NCBI GenBank assembly: GCA_004022145.1
Contig: RCNU01000006.1
Length of the DNA: 64,000 nt
Direction: 5' to 3' (one strand)
From: Paecilomyces variotii
Taxonomy: Eukaryota
Shown here one piece after another: positions 40,919 through 54,276 of this stretch. Numbering within the stretch: position 1 is the stretch's first letter; each line of letters begins with the position of its first letter. The position numbers and the translations under genes were made by a program. A model generated the notes under the pieces. It was not told where the DNA came from. It saw nothing but the letters and a program-made list of their open reading frames with translations, and did not search any database.

Positions 40919-42057
40919 GCTGGATCAATGGGTCAAGTAAAGCGGGATGAATAATGTTCGTGGACCGTTCAATGTCCCGTGCGGGGTTGATTATCGTTAT
41001 CGATAACACGGAAAATAGCAGACCGTCGGAAACGAAACGGGACTGTTTGCGGAGGTGCGTCGAATTTTAGATGTTTGGTATAGAGTTAGAAGCTCCAGGC
41101 AGTTTCCTGCGAATTCTCAAGGCGATATTAGCCCACCGTGACATGTACATCGAAGAGGAAAAGTTGGTAGCGCATCTCGGGTTGTAGCAACAACTAACCT
41201 TAGCCCGAAAAGCCTTAATCAATTGAGAAACAGAACCTGGAATATCTGTGTCGTGAGCCGTGTACCTTAACTGATTTCGAAGCTTATCGTTCAATTCCTC
41301 GTTCTTCCAGCCTGCCTTGCTGCGATACAATCAGTCCACGTCGGAAAGTCAAACAGGTAGCGGGGGAGGCGACTCCCCCACACATTTATATCCCCAGTGA
41401 CAAGTCGAACTAAACCAACTAGTAATAATAGTAAATAAACGTTGGTCTGGACACCTCAGATTTCGACCGAGCTAGCTTGTCGATCTCATGTCCCTGTTCT
41501 CTCTATCATTATCAATCAAATCACCCAATGTAGTTAACTAAATGCACGTCCTACGATGGAAGCCAAACTGCCGAATGTAGCTAACTATTCCATATTTTAC
41601 CGCACGGAACGGGGGGAAATCAAACCGGGATGCCGAAAGACCGAGGTTATTTTCGGTTGTTGCGGGAGCTGGCTAACATAACTAAGTCTTCGTTACGCCC
41701 ACGAAGATCCGTATAATATGGTGTTTTCTTTATTTTTATTTTTGATCTAGAAAGGGCTAATGGCGAATTTACGAACTGTCTCGAAGGACGGACGACCTTG
41801 CTTTTGTCACTTACGCAACAACTATGTGCTTGACGATTTCATAAAGAACCGGAGTTTATTAGTCGGGCGAAATCAGGCAAAGGGAATGGCTCAATACGGA
41901 ACTATGCCCATGGTCATCATACCGTCACCAATAGCGTGGTCCCAGCCAGCAGGATATGATACCGAGAATAGCACGATGAAAAGAAATTTGATTGGAGGCG
42001 TTCACTGAGAAGCAGTACTGAAAGGATGCGGACAGTTTTACTAGATACATCCCAGGA

Positions 42058-42879
42058 CTAGAACCTCCTGAGACCAATATCATCTCCATAGTGGGCTCGA
42101 CGAGGAACTCTGCTCTCACCCCTCTCACCATACGGTGCCATGAATCTCCTCCCAGGCGAGGGGGAACAAGGAGATAAGTCCCGAGCATAAGCTTGGCCAT
42201 TAAGAGGTACCTCCCTGGAAGGATGTATCATTTGGGGCGTTGAATGATTCCGATTCGGGCGACGGCGGCGATAAGAGCCTCCTCCCATACTCCCCATCTC
42301 GTCACTTCGGCACGATTCATCGCCGTCAGATGAACAGTCACACTCATATTCGACGGCGTCTTCGCAACCTTCGCAGCCATCTTGTTCGTCCGGAGGCCAA
42401 GTACACGGCGATCGAGGCGACCTGTAGCTGCCATGGGGGAATCTTGAGCCACGGTCAAATGGTGGGCGCGGGGGATAGGATGATGTCCCACACCATGGGT
42501 GTGCAGGACCGGGACCCCGTGGTGGTTCGAATCCCGCAAACGGAGGAGGTTCCCACGGCTCAAAAGGATGCGCAGAACGCAGACCCCTTCCACTCCGCCT
42601 TGTCTCTAACAGATTCTCTCCGCTGAAGAAGCCAGGGCCCATCTGTCCTAGAGGGCGAGCTGAAACGCGCTGTCGACGGGTAGGAATAATGGAAGCCAAA
42701 GACAAACGCCCAAGCCAGGGACGCGGCGCATAATCGCAAGCTGCTGTGCCCCTGCGTGGACCAGTATCTAGGGGCATGATTGGCTCTCTCTCGAGCCTGT
42801 GTCTTGATAAAGGATCTCCTTTCCAATACCAGGCGTAAGGGAGGTCACGATTCCTGTCCTTCCCAGACAAAGAGGGCAT
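42058..42879 (-). CDS. Possible orphan Pro/Gly/Arg-rich protein (273 aa)
   Basis: ATG-initiated, GC-rich ORF with no recognisable domain; a 5' exon may be missing. Confidence 0.45.
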   Translation of the reverse strand: MPSLSGKDRNRDLPYAWYWKGDPLSRHRLEREPIMPLDTGPRRGTAACDYAPRPWLGRLSLASIIPTRRQRVSARPLGQMGPGFFSGENLLETRRSGRGLRSAHPFEPWEPPPFAGFEPPRGPGPAHPWCGTSSYPPRPPFDRGSRFPHGSYRSPRSPCTWPPDEQDGCEGCEDAVEYECDCSSDGDESCRSDEMGSMGGGSYRRRRPNRNHSTPQMIHPSREVPLNGQAYARDLSPCSPSPGRRFMAPYGERGESRVPRRAHYGDDIGLRRF

Positions 42880-44315
42880 TCCCTCAGGCCTGATTGAAGG
42901 AATCGAAAATGAAAAGATGAGATCAGTTAATCAGGTAGTATGCAAAAAAAAACATCTGAATTGGGTTCAGGAGGGAAAACAACATTGTAAATTCTAGAAA
43001 CAGCAGCAAATGTGAAGAACACTCGAATATATATGCTCTTCTCTTCCAGAGTGGTCGCACAGAAACCCAGTGATGCCTATCTTTTTCAATCTGATGACCA
43101 CAGATTGCTCTGCCATAGACAAAGGACGCCCCGGGCGTCCCCATATAGAGAATGTGTACTAGAAGTCAGTCGTGACATAGTAGAATGCCTGGGAAGCAAA
43201 CATCTGTGGCGGAATCGAAATTTGTTTGCTGCAGCGGTTGCTTTGATCACTTGACAAATCTCAGGTTATTTGAAGGGAGGCTGCAGCTCCTCCTGAATGA
43301 CCAGGAGGAGTAGTTGACATCTCATATCATTTAGCTGCTAGACGACCGCAATGACTGAAGGATTAGTTTGCAGACGGGGTCTATAGGGTTTTGCCCTGGA
43401 CGAATGTCAGTCTCAAATGGCGTTTGCTTGAGCCAGCCCTCTATACTCTAGGAGCGCACAGTGGGGTTCCTGGAATGGACGGTGCAAGAGAAGTTGTTTT
43501 CTTTTTGTTCGTGAGAATGAATGAATGAAGGACAACGCGCTGGAGGTCGCGGGAGGCGACACGTCGGAAGGCTGGTGGCCCAATCCGGTGCAGGACGTGG
43601 CGATAGTACACGTACAGCTGAACTGTGGCTATTTCCACAGCCGGCAGCCCACCGGAGCTGCTGCAGTGACGGATATCGACAAGCTAACTGTACAGAGAAT
43701 TTACAGTGTATATCCAGAGAGTTTCCCCTTTGCGTGGAGCGTTTACAACTAGAAAATGTGAAGACGGCGAGGATAGACAGCTAGGCCATAGCTATATCTG
43801 ATCTGGCAGATCCCACAACCGCCCAGCCGCCCATCGTTGATGAATCAAACCCACGCGACCGTAGTGAGCATCGCTGAAAAAGCTGCGGGTGGCTGGGCGG
43901 TGTCACGACAGCTGCGGCGCCCGTTTATGTGCGTTGTGCGTGTGGTAATTCCACGGCCGCCGTTCATTCGCCGTGGCCTTTTTCTGACCTACCAGCAACT
44001 TTCAGACTCGATCCTCTGATCTCGACTTTGCTCGTTCTCGATCCACGACTTCTCTCGCTCCCCTCGACGCCTGCACACGTTGACTATTTGAATTCTTTTG
44101 ACGGTAGCTGCTAATCTCAGCTGCGTCCACCCGGCTCACTGAATCACTACCCGTCCTGTCTTCAGGATCTCGTGTCGTTCTCGACATCCACCGAATTTAA
44201 TCCTTCCTTCCCTAGGCTCGTTAGCCACCACAACAATCTCGCGACTCTGTGTCCCTCCATCGGTTCTATTACCTTCCTGGACAGGTGACATCGTCTGCGA
44301 GTAGATAAACCCATA

Positions 44316-47300
44316 ATGCCTTCGCCGCTTCCCTCGAGTTTTGCTTCTGCCGCAGCAGGCAATATCCCAGACTCCGGTAGGAGAGGGGATGGCAGTGGAG
44401 AATGGTAGGGCAATCCTCTCTGATCGCCATGCGACTTCCCCGATCATTTCTTCTATATTTGCAAAAGAGGGCCTGCGTTTATTATACTTCTGTTCTAGCC
44501 TTACTGATCGATCACTCTATGCGCAGGTCTCGACCGCGAATGAACGGAGCAACACAGACCTTCCGCCGCCCGTCGGTTGCTACGAACCCTTCTCATAATC
44601 GAGAGAGCGGACAGTCGACATCAGCTGCGACAACTCCGACAGTGGGGACATATGTTCCTCCTCACCTGAACTCGAATTCTCAGTCTAGCGGCCTGCGGAA
44701 TGGCACACCTGGCGAAAGCCGTTATTCAAAGGACCAGCTTTTAAACCTTTATAAGAGCCAGCGGGAGACGGGGAATCTGGGCAAGAATGTGTCGGATTAT
44801 TTTGTGGCAGACTGGAACCCACACCAGGAGACTCCATCGGCGAATGGTGCTTGGGGAAAGCGGGATGACCATAAGGATACGCCGTCTGGTCCTGAGATAT
44901 GCTGGGACCATGGCGGCCATGTTGAGCCCTTGGGATTGGTGGATCTGACTGATGATGAAAAAGAGGTTGGTATTGTCTCCACCGTCTACTGAAGAAGCGG
45001 TCACTGAGAGATGCGTAGCTTTTTTCGACTACCGTCAACTCTCCTCTGAAGCCCCCGCCATCGAGTGCCTCTAAGGATAACGCCGGTGTGGTAGGCGGAC
45101 GCAAGACTTCCGTCTCTAATCCGCAGAGCCACATCAACACGTTTAATACGTCCTCTCCTAGCGCTGGTCGTCCCGGGACCAGACGTCGCGAGACAGGTGA
45201 TTCCATAGGGAACCCGATATCACCGACTGCCGGTTCTCGCTTCTTCCGCGACGAGCCCAATACGTCTACTCCTCCGCCTGCTCTGCTCCGACGGAAGACA
45301 GATTTCCGCGACTCAGTCTCTAATAGCAAGTTGGAGGAGAAAGAAAAGGAGAATGCAGCTCGAGACGGGGCCGCGGACCTGGCATCTCCCTTTGGTTCTC
45401 TGAAACGTAGCGCTACCAATCCCTTAAGTGCTGGGCTTCCAACTTCCCCTTGGCCGTCGTCTGCCTCGCAGAATGCCAGCTTCTCACCAATGGGAGCTTT
45501 CGGCGCTTTCTCCCTGGGATCCGCTGGTGGCCAAGAGAGAAGACCTGGCCTTGGGAGTCTTCGTGGAGAAAGCAGGTTTAAGGGTCTGTTATCCAAGGAC
45601 AGTTCTGAGGACATCGGGGCCTCTGTGAAGGAGAATACTTCATTGAGTGGCTTGGAAAGACTGCCAGAAAACGAGAGTGACGAACGATCCCAATCGACTT
45701 GGGGCGAAGCCCCGAAGACACGTGCCACCCGCAGTGATACGAACCCGTTCGGTAGCGATGAACCTCGCAGTGGAAGTGCCGCCCTTGGAGGCTCTCGGGA
45801 GGTTAGCACTCCGTCGCAAGGTATCGACCAGCTTGGATTTGGGGCCTTTGGAATGACGTCTAGTGTTCCTGGATTCCGCGAATTGATGCAGAGTCATGCC
45901 AACTCCCCTAGCCAAGCCTCCAGTCATCTCCCTGGCCAGGAGCCCACAAGCCCTACAAATACGAACCCTTATCAAAGCCCTCACGGCGACAAGTCGACTG
46001 ACGCCGAAGATGTCGACACGGATGGCTCAGACGTCCAGAACACTCATCTTCCAGGCTTGAGCAGTCTTCGCGATGAAGCAGGGCCGTTTGCTTCCATTCG
46101 TAGGGTTGGGTCGGGTATGGGAGATGTGTCCGTCGGAGACCGCAGCCAGACATCGAGCGCTGGGCCTACTCGCAGTTTCTCCGGTCTGGGAGGTCTTGGT
46201 GGTCTTTCCGGTCTCGGGGGCGCTGGTGGATGGCCGCCTAGTGCCGGTGTTGGCACTCCTACTAGGGAGAGATCGGCCTTCACTGGTTTTGGCGACCCGA
46301 TCTTTGGCTCTATGGCTGATCTTCAGTCTCCTAGTCTGTCTACTCTGGGCGGAGGAGGCTTTTTTGGTTCTCATGGAGCACTCGGCACTTCAGGTAGTAT
46401 TGGCAGAGCTAGTAAATTGGGTTCCTTGTTTCCTCCTGCAATGCAGGAGCAGATGCAGGGCGATCTGTCTAGACAGGATTCGGCAGGATTGGAGGGTCTG
46501 AATAGGCAAACAGGTGAGGCTACCACTCGAAGTGTCATAGGAGGCAGCCCTGGGAAGGCTAGCTCCCAGACGCGGAATGAGGACCAGTCTTTACGAGGAA
46601 ATTACTCTGGGCTGGATGGTCTTGACATTGGAAGCCGGCTGATACGTGGAGAAGATCCTTTATCTGCAGAGAAGCAAAGTACACCCGCCACCACTGCTTC
46701 TCAGGCCCCTGCGGGATCTACGCCTGGCATGGCGTCTTCCCATGATGGATCTCAATCAGGTCAAAACATCGGTCAGCCCGGTTCAGCCTCTGGGCTTGGC
46801 TCTGTCCCGACCGCTCAGCAGCGCACCATGGTAATGCCCGATCGCATGCGGTGGATCTATCGGGATCCGCAGGGAAACATCCAGGGTCCGTGGTCGGGTC
46901 TTGAGATGCACGACTGGTTCAAGGCTGGTTTCTTCACGGCGGAGTTGCAGGTCAAGAAACTCGAGGATACGGAATTCGAACCATTGGCGCAGCTGGTTCG
47001 ACGTATCGGCAACTCTCGTGAGCCATTCCTGGTGCCGCAGATTGGAATTCCTCATGGTCCTGATCCTACCCCTAGCCCATGGGGTACGGGACCAGCGACA
47101 CAGCCCGGAGCTGCTCAACCACCGTTCGCAAACAGTTTCCCCAGTTTCGGTACTACTTTGACCGCTGAGCAGCAGAACGCCTTGGAGAGGAGGAAGCAAG
47201 AGGAGCAGTATTTGATGGCCAGGCAAAAGGAGCATTTGGCACAGCAACAGCAGCTGATGAAGCAGATGCATCTTCAGCCTGGACCTCATACCATCCACCC

Positions 47301-49293
47301 GCAGCTGCAGCATCATTCGAGTGCGCACAGCCTACACAGTCAGCCCAGCTACGGAAGCATTACTTCTCCTGGAGGCTATCAACCATCGCCGCTCCAAGGT
47401 CCGATTCAACCGCCCCAGGCTGTTCCGGGCTTCTTCGATGCAGCAATTAGACAGAATCCGGTGCCCAGCATGGGTCCGCAATTGCTAGGAAGCGACCCTA
47501 TGAACTCTAGGGACGATCTTCCTGCCCTCCTCGAGCGTCTCAACGTCGGACGGCCGGGTCCCTTCCAATTCAATAACGCACCTTCAGCGTTTGGCCCTCG
47601 CCAGCCGGATGATTTCCTACATTCCCAACAGGTTGCCTCGATGCTTCAGGACCGTGCTCGCTTGCAGCAAGAACAAGAGCAATTCGATCGCCAGCAGGCC
47701 GAGAATATCTTTGACCAGCAGGCCCGTGATGAGCGACTGCGACAATTCCATGCTATGCGCTCGCAAGAAGATGAACTTGGCATGAGGATCGGAGATGGTC
47801 TCCCCACTCACCCGCCCTCTGTAGCCCCTCAGGAGGCTAGCACCGACCAGCAAAAGAATGCTCCTGAGGAATCTTTCTCTGCCGCCGCGGCGGACGAGCA
47901 GTCTGTTCAAGCTCCAAGCGAACCACTCTCCCTCTCCCAGCAGGTGCAGAAGGCTGCCTCCGCCCAGAGACAGCAGCAGCAGCAAGAACGACAACAGCAG
48001 CAGCAGCAGCAGCAGCAGCACCAAAAGCAGTCTCACGGTGATTCGGCATGGACCTCTAAGGCGGACAATGGAATGCCTCAGCCTTTCCCACCCCCTCCTT
48101 CCGCATCACCACTCCCTGCTCCCGCCGCGCAGCGTAACCGTCAGAATGTCGCGGAGTCACTCGCGGCAACTTCCAGGTCGCAGAACCAGACACCTATTGA
48201 GACGCCAACGACTTCGATTGCGCCATGGGCCAAGGAACCGATCGAGCCTCCTAAGGGCCCATCGCTGAAGGAGATCCAGGAAGCGGAGGAGCGTAGCGCC
48301 GCTCAGCGGGAGGAGCAGGCTGCTGCTGCCCGTCGTGCTCAGATGCTTGCTGAACAAGAGCGTCTCAGCCAGCAGACCCAGGCGGACACCCCTGGCCTCC
48401 CATCAACCGCCAACTGGGCCAGTGCAGGATCTCCTGCTACTCCGGGATCGACTGGCTCCGTGTGGAACAAGAATGCTGCCAGCAAGACCCAGACTGCGCC
48501 CGCTAATGCTCCAGTCAAGAAGACTCTTGCTCAGATCCAGAAGGAAGAAGAAGCTCGTAAGCAGCGTCTGGCAGCGGCTAATGCTGCACAAGCTGCCGCA
48601 GCCGCCGCAACTACTCCTACTGTTTCTTCCACCGGTAAACGCTACGCTGATCTTGCCAGCAAGCCTGCTAGTGCAACGCCGCCTCCCTCGACCGGTGCCT
48701 GGACCACTGTGGGCGCTGGCGGAAAAGCCAAGGCGCCTCCTGCGGCTCCTCTCGGACCCCGTTCGGCCAGCGGTACTGTGCCAGTTGCACCCGCTGCTAA
48801 GCCCAGACCTGCCGCTGCTCCTCGTACCGTGACAGTTAGCACTACACCTGCGTCGAACCCAAACCGTGCTACTGAAGAACTGGCGAAGTGGGCAAATCTG
48901 TCTCTTAGCAAGGGACTTAACAGCAGCATCAATGGTAAGCTCTCTCTCTGTATTCCCGTGTGCTATGGGCGAAGACTAACATGAACTCCAGTCGATGACT
49001 TTGTCCAACAGCTACTTCTGCTGCCGGCGGAAGCTGAGATTATTTCCGACTCTATCTACGCCAACTCGCAGACCCTGGATGGACGCCGCTTCGCGGAAGA
49101 GTTCATTCGCCGCCGCAAATTGGCCGACAAGGGCATTGTCGATCCCGTTTCCACTAGTGCCTTTGCTGACAAGGGCTCCTCGGGTGGCTGGAGTGAAGTT
49201 GCGAAGAAGGGTTCCTCCAACGCGCACCGTGAGGAGGATAATGGTAATGCTGCTTTCAAGGTCGTTGCCGCCAAGAAGAAGGGCAAGAGGTGA
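44316..49293 (+). CDS. GYF-domain protein (Smy2/GIGYF-like); exons 44316-44404, 44527-44965, 45019-48934, 48992-49293
   Basis: N-terminal RYSKDQLLNLY (4EHP/eIF4E-binding-like), GYF domain WIYRDPQGNIQGPWSGLEMHDWFKAGFF, SLKEIQEAE, C-terminal DGRRFAEEFIRRR; polyQ tract ~47971-48021. Confidence 0.92.
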
Positions 49294-50039
49294 AGGATTG
49301 CAGGTGAAGTTGTTCACTTTGGATAGTGGTGTTCTACTGCTTGATATGGGTACATGGTCTGATGGAGGAGCTGTTCGATGAGTGACAGACCATCTCTGCA
49401 TATGATATCGTTCTGGCCCAATGTTGCAGTAACACCACGCCTGTTGGCTCTACCACTTTTAGCATAGTAGCATTGTGATAACTTATCGTGTTTTTGATAC
49501 TGCGACGAATACAAACGACTTGATTGATAGTGAATCCCGAGCGTAACCTTCCCATACCCATGTCCACGCCGTAACCCAAATGTATCCTATAGCTAGTTAT
49601 GGTCTAGATGTATTAACTATTTCTCTCTTGAAATATTCTTGTTGCTTTGATCTGCAGTCGATCTTGTAGTCGCAGGGCGTGTGTGCTCGGGCCCTCCAAT
49701 CAGATCTGACGAAGCGGAGTCATTCCGGAATCCGCCGCGATACTTGCGATACGAAGGCATTTCGATGGAGTTCAGTCAGTCATTGAGAGTTATCTGTCGT
49801 CCGGAGATACAGATATCAATATTATCTGCATGAAACATATCCGTCCATCTTTGGTATATCAACCTAGACAGGGAGGGGGTCTACTCATGTGAGAGGGGCT
49901 ATTTATTCGTCATACTGCACCAATTAGTCTGACGCATCTCAACGTCTTACAACCTCCCAGTATTTGAATCCACGTCGCTTTCTACAGTCAATTTCACAAA
50001 AGGAAAAGAAGGAATCCCTACAGGATATTCATATTCATC

Positions 50040-51589
50040 ATGTCTTCAACCGATCAGCTCACGCCCTTTGGCCGTCCCATGTTGAAGCATTTCCTCTTCG
50101 ATCCGAAGTACAAGAACCTTAACCATGGTATAATATCCCATCTCCTGGTATCCAATTCCTCCACTGAAGAGGACCTGAATGTGGAAAGTATGGCTCACAT
50201 CCTTCAGGCTCCTTCGGGACATACCCCGTCCAGGTACGTGCGGCACTTCGGAAATTCCAACAAGACGCCGAAGCTCGACCGGACGCCTTCATCCGCTGGG
50301 AACAACCCAGAGCCCTGGACGAAGCTCGCGTAGCAGTAGCCAAGGTCCTGAATGTGCCGACGAATGAATGTGTATTCGTCAAGAATGCCTCGACAGGTGT
50401 CAACACCGTGCTCCGCAACCTGGTCTTCAACGAAGGTGACGTGATCGTCTACTTCGCAACTATCTACGGAGCCATGGAGAAGACGATCATCTCTATATCG
50501 GAGACGACGCCCGTTCGAGGTCTGAAGGTCGAGTATCAATTTCCAATCAGTCATGATGAGCTCGTGAAGAGGTTTCGTGATGTCGTGGTTGGGGCCAAGC
50601 AGAAAGGGCTTAATGTCCGTCTGGCGGTGTTTGATACTATCGTTAGTATGCCTGGTGTGAGGTTTCCGTTTGAGAAGCTCGTCGAGGCGTGTAGAGAGGA
50701 AGGTATTCTCAGTCTCATCGATGGTGCCCATGCAATCGGACAGATCCAGTTGAATCTGGCTCAGCTGGATCCGGATTTCTTCGTTAGTAATTGCCATAAG
50801 TAGGATCCCTATCCACCTACCTTCATCTTAGATATATGATGAAGAAGCAGACGAATTTATGCTAACTATACCTCTCCCAGATGGCTCTACACTCCCCGCG
50901 GCTGCGCCGTTCTCTACGTCCCCATCCGCAACCAGCACCTCTTGCGCACCACACTCCCCACATCCTGGGGTTTCATTCCAAGACCAGATTCCCTACCAAC
51001 CGTCCGCTCCGTGCTCCCTAGCCCTGAATCACCCAAGAGTCCATTCGAACTCCTCTTCCAATTCGTCGCTTCAACCGACGACTCTCCGTACCTATGTACC
51101 CCAACCGCAATCAAATTCCGCCAGGAAGTCTGCGGCGGCGAAGAGCGCATCTACAACTATCTCGAACAACTCGCCAATCAAGCTGGAGATATCGTCGCCG
51201 CCGCCCTTGGCACGGAGGTCTTGCAAGAGCCAGATCTCCTACCAGGCCAGGTCAGTCAGATCCGTCGCTGCGCGATGGTTACGGTCCGACTACCTCTGGC
51301 TGTGGGCAATAACAACAACAACAACGTTTCCAACAACAAAAGCTCACACACCACACTACTCAGTCCCACAGTCGTCCCTGACGTGATTGACTGGATGCAG
51401 AAAACCATGGTTGATAAATACGGGACTTTTGTGCCCGTGTTCCAGCATGGAAGTTGGCTGTGGACACGGCTCAGCGCGCAGATATATTTGGAAAAGAGCG
51501 ATTTCGAATGGCTGGCTGGTGTGCTGAAAGAACTCTGTGAGAAAGTTGCCAGGGGAGAGGTGAGCGGCGAAGAGAAGGCGAAGTTGTAG
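50040..51589 (+). CDS. egt2: Class V PLP-dependent C-S lyase, hercynylcysteine sulfoxide lyase (Egt2)/LolT-like; exons 50040-50127, 50208-50799, 50881-51589
   Basis: NLNH|GSFGTYP, NASTGVNTVLRN, DGAHAIG, SNCHK|WLYTPRG (PLP lysine), RLSAQIYL. Family is clear; exact orthology to Egt2 is inferred. Confidence 0.8.
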
Positions 51590-52488
51590 AGGTCGGAGAA
51601 TACAGATTTAGTGACACTCAAGACTAGTTAAGTACTCTAGACAATACTTATATCAATGGATGTTTTTTTTTTTTCGAGAATACATACATACTATAGTCCC
51701 TCACCCGCAGTTATCTCTTGTACTCCAGCTATACTACCTTAATCTTACCTATTCTGTAAAATACAAGGATAATTACCTTCTAGATTCATACATGCACTCT
51801 CTAAGTTAATGAAATGTGAAGTCAAAATAAACACTGCCGGCGCTAGAATACGAACTAGTCTATTAGGGCCGAAGATTATTGATGTTAACAGGTATGTTTG
51901 GTCTTCAAACTTGAGTAAATTGCTTTTTCTGACTAGCGTATACTCTCTGAGTGAGTTCAATGAGGTCTTCTTTTGAACGGTTTGCTAGTCTTTAATTTGG
52001 GTTTGGGTGAGGCCCAGATATAAGTTACTCTCCGTGAATCACATGATTCCTTGCTGTCTAGTGTTACGCGATTTAATTCATGAAGAAAGGCATGTGATGA
52101 TTTATTCGGGTATTATTAGCCACAAAGTAGAATAGAAAACAGACTAGAAAACCACCTGGATCTTAATGAAATGACAACATCATGGATAGGTGAACTGTTC
52201 ATCCTCATATACTAAGAGAGTCATGGACCATAATCATGATGGTCGGAGCAGAAAGAAAGAGTCATACATCTCCTTTATAGTGCATATTCCCATCTATCCA
52301 AACATTCCTGCATGTGATGGTAAGCAATATTAGGGGAGAGGAAGAGAGAGATGGGCTATTTCTCGATGAATAAAAATAGCCAAAGGTACCTAAATGCCTA
52401 AAGTCCATCAATAGCTTATGTTAAAGCAATCTCTGAAGTGAACCCTTTCATAGAAAAATAATTTAGGATATTTCATGGAATCATACAT

Positions 52489-54276
52489 TCATGATGAGCT
52501 TCCACCACCGAAATGGCTGCGTACCCAGCCGGTGATGCCTGAGGCAATACCTCCGCCGTGTCCTTCACTCCGACCCGATCGTCTCCTTTCCGGAGTGGGC
52601 GGGTTACCAGAGTGATCCTGCGATGAGGACTGACGGCGGGGAGGCGTTCTGCGGGTATAGGAACTTGTTGTAGACTGCCGTCGACTCCTGGGAGAAGACG
52701 GCTCAGGGCTACTGTTGACAACTACCGGGTTATCCCGTGAACCCTCAGTGCCCGTCCTATGGTTTCAAGTCGCCATCAGCATCATCCCCATGGATGGCAT
52801 GACACGGCTGGAAGGTGGTCCTGCTTACTGTCCTGGGGTATTTATTCCACGTCGGCAATGAGGGCAGGTGTTGTGTTGATTGAGCCACGCCTCAATGCAA
52901 TTATAGTGGAACCAATGTTTACATGGGAGCTCGGCAACTTCTGTACCTAACTCCACGTTATCCATGCAGATAGAACACTCTGCTTTGCCGTCGCTTCCTA
53001 GCATGTCCCGGTCAACTGGCTTCTTTGGTAGGGATTTGATAGCGCTCTCCGCGGCTGGCGGTGGCGCATTTCCGTTCGCATTTTGGTCAATCAGCTGGGA
53101 TATTACACGGTCTAGCTCTTCCTGAGAGTAGACAGCATCTCCGTGGCGATCTCCCATACTGAGGAGGTTGGCAAGAATCGAAAGAGGATTAGGACCGGTC
53201 ATCACGCGGACACCGCCTCTACCGCTAACACCGCCAGGGCCGCGGGGTCCGAAATCTGTGCGGAAGAGCTCGAGAATACTGTTTCAACCATGTAAGCTAG
53301 CTGTACTTCGAATAATGATATGCGATATAATCCAAATCAGGGAGGGTCCACGGTGTTGTACGCATGCCGTAACCGATCTACTCGACAACTGTCATCGCCA
53401 CGAGTGTAGCTGAAGACAATAACCGCGAAGACACAGGCCCACAGGCACGGGACAACCGAGGCACTGAGACTGCAGTCTCAAATGCATATGGAGTTCAGGG
53501 AAAGAAAGGGAAAACAGGGTTATGGGGCCATACTCATTTATGTTTCCAAGCGGATGCTGCATAGGTTGCGGGTGGTCCGCGTCTCGGGGCCACAATCCTT
53601 CAGGAGGCGGGTATACATTTCTGCTACCGGGATAGTCCTCTTCAGGATCCGGGAAATCGTGGATTTCGGATTCCCGTCGTGGATAGTCTCTTGCAGGCTG
53701 AGGAGGACTCTGGCCCGGCCGTGGGCTCTGATTCACATACGTATCGGTGAGACCACGGAAGATCGTGTCGAAGCTGCGCAAGACGGGCATCAACGGATCG
53801 AAAGGAGGTGCTGCTTCATAAGGGTTCTGCGGCCGCCGCGGGGAGCCACCCCCAGAGGAGAATGTCGTACTCGTAAACGTGAACCGTCCATCAGGGGACC
53901 GGTAGGACCGACGAGTCATCCCAGGCCCATTTCCAAACCCATGCTCTTCTGCATCGTCCATGTCTCTCCATGGATTATGATCAGAAAACGGGTTAAATGG
54001 CGATTGAGATCGCTCCTCGTGTCGTGGCGGTGGTGTGCGTCCATATGGGAAAGAGGGGCGTTCGGCCGCGGGGCTTTCTGGCGGCGTCTCGATCTACACA
54101 GCAGAACAGACTCTCGTCAGTATCGCACGCGGTAGCTGCCTCGTAGCTGGGTACATGGAATACCATACGATTTCTGTAAATTCCGACTCGCAGTGTGGAC
54201 ACTGTAATCCAAACTCGTTCCTCAGCCAAACGCCGCCACATTGATGGCAAAACATCCGATCCCCTCTGTCAGCCAT
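52489..54276 (-). CDS. RING-H2 E3 ubiquitin ligase, RNF126/RNF115-like; exons 54276-54169, 54093-53534, 53278-52829, 52756-52489
   Basis: N-terminal Zn ribbon FCHQC..CPHCESEFTEI, GDAVYSQEELDRVISQL, RING CSICMD..LPCKHWFH..C..WL..TCPHCR. Confidence 0.9.

Noticed and set aside
42520-42537. GGTTCGAATCCC, tRNA T-loop-like
   Set aside because: T-stem does not pair and there is no cloverleaf
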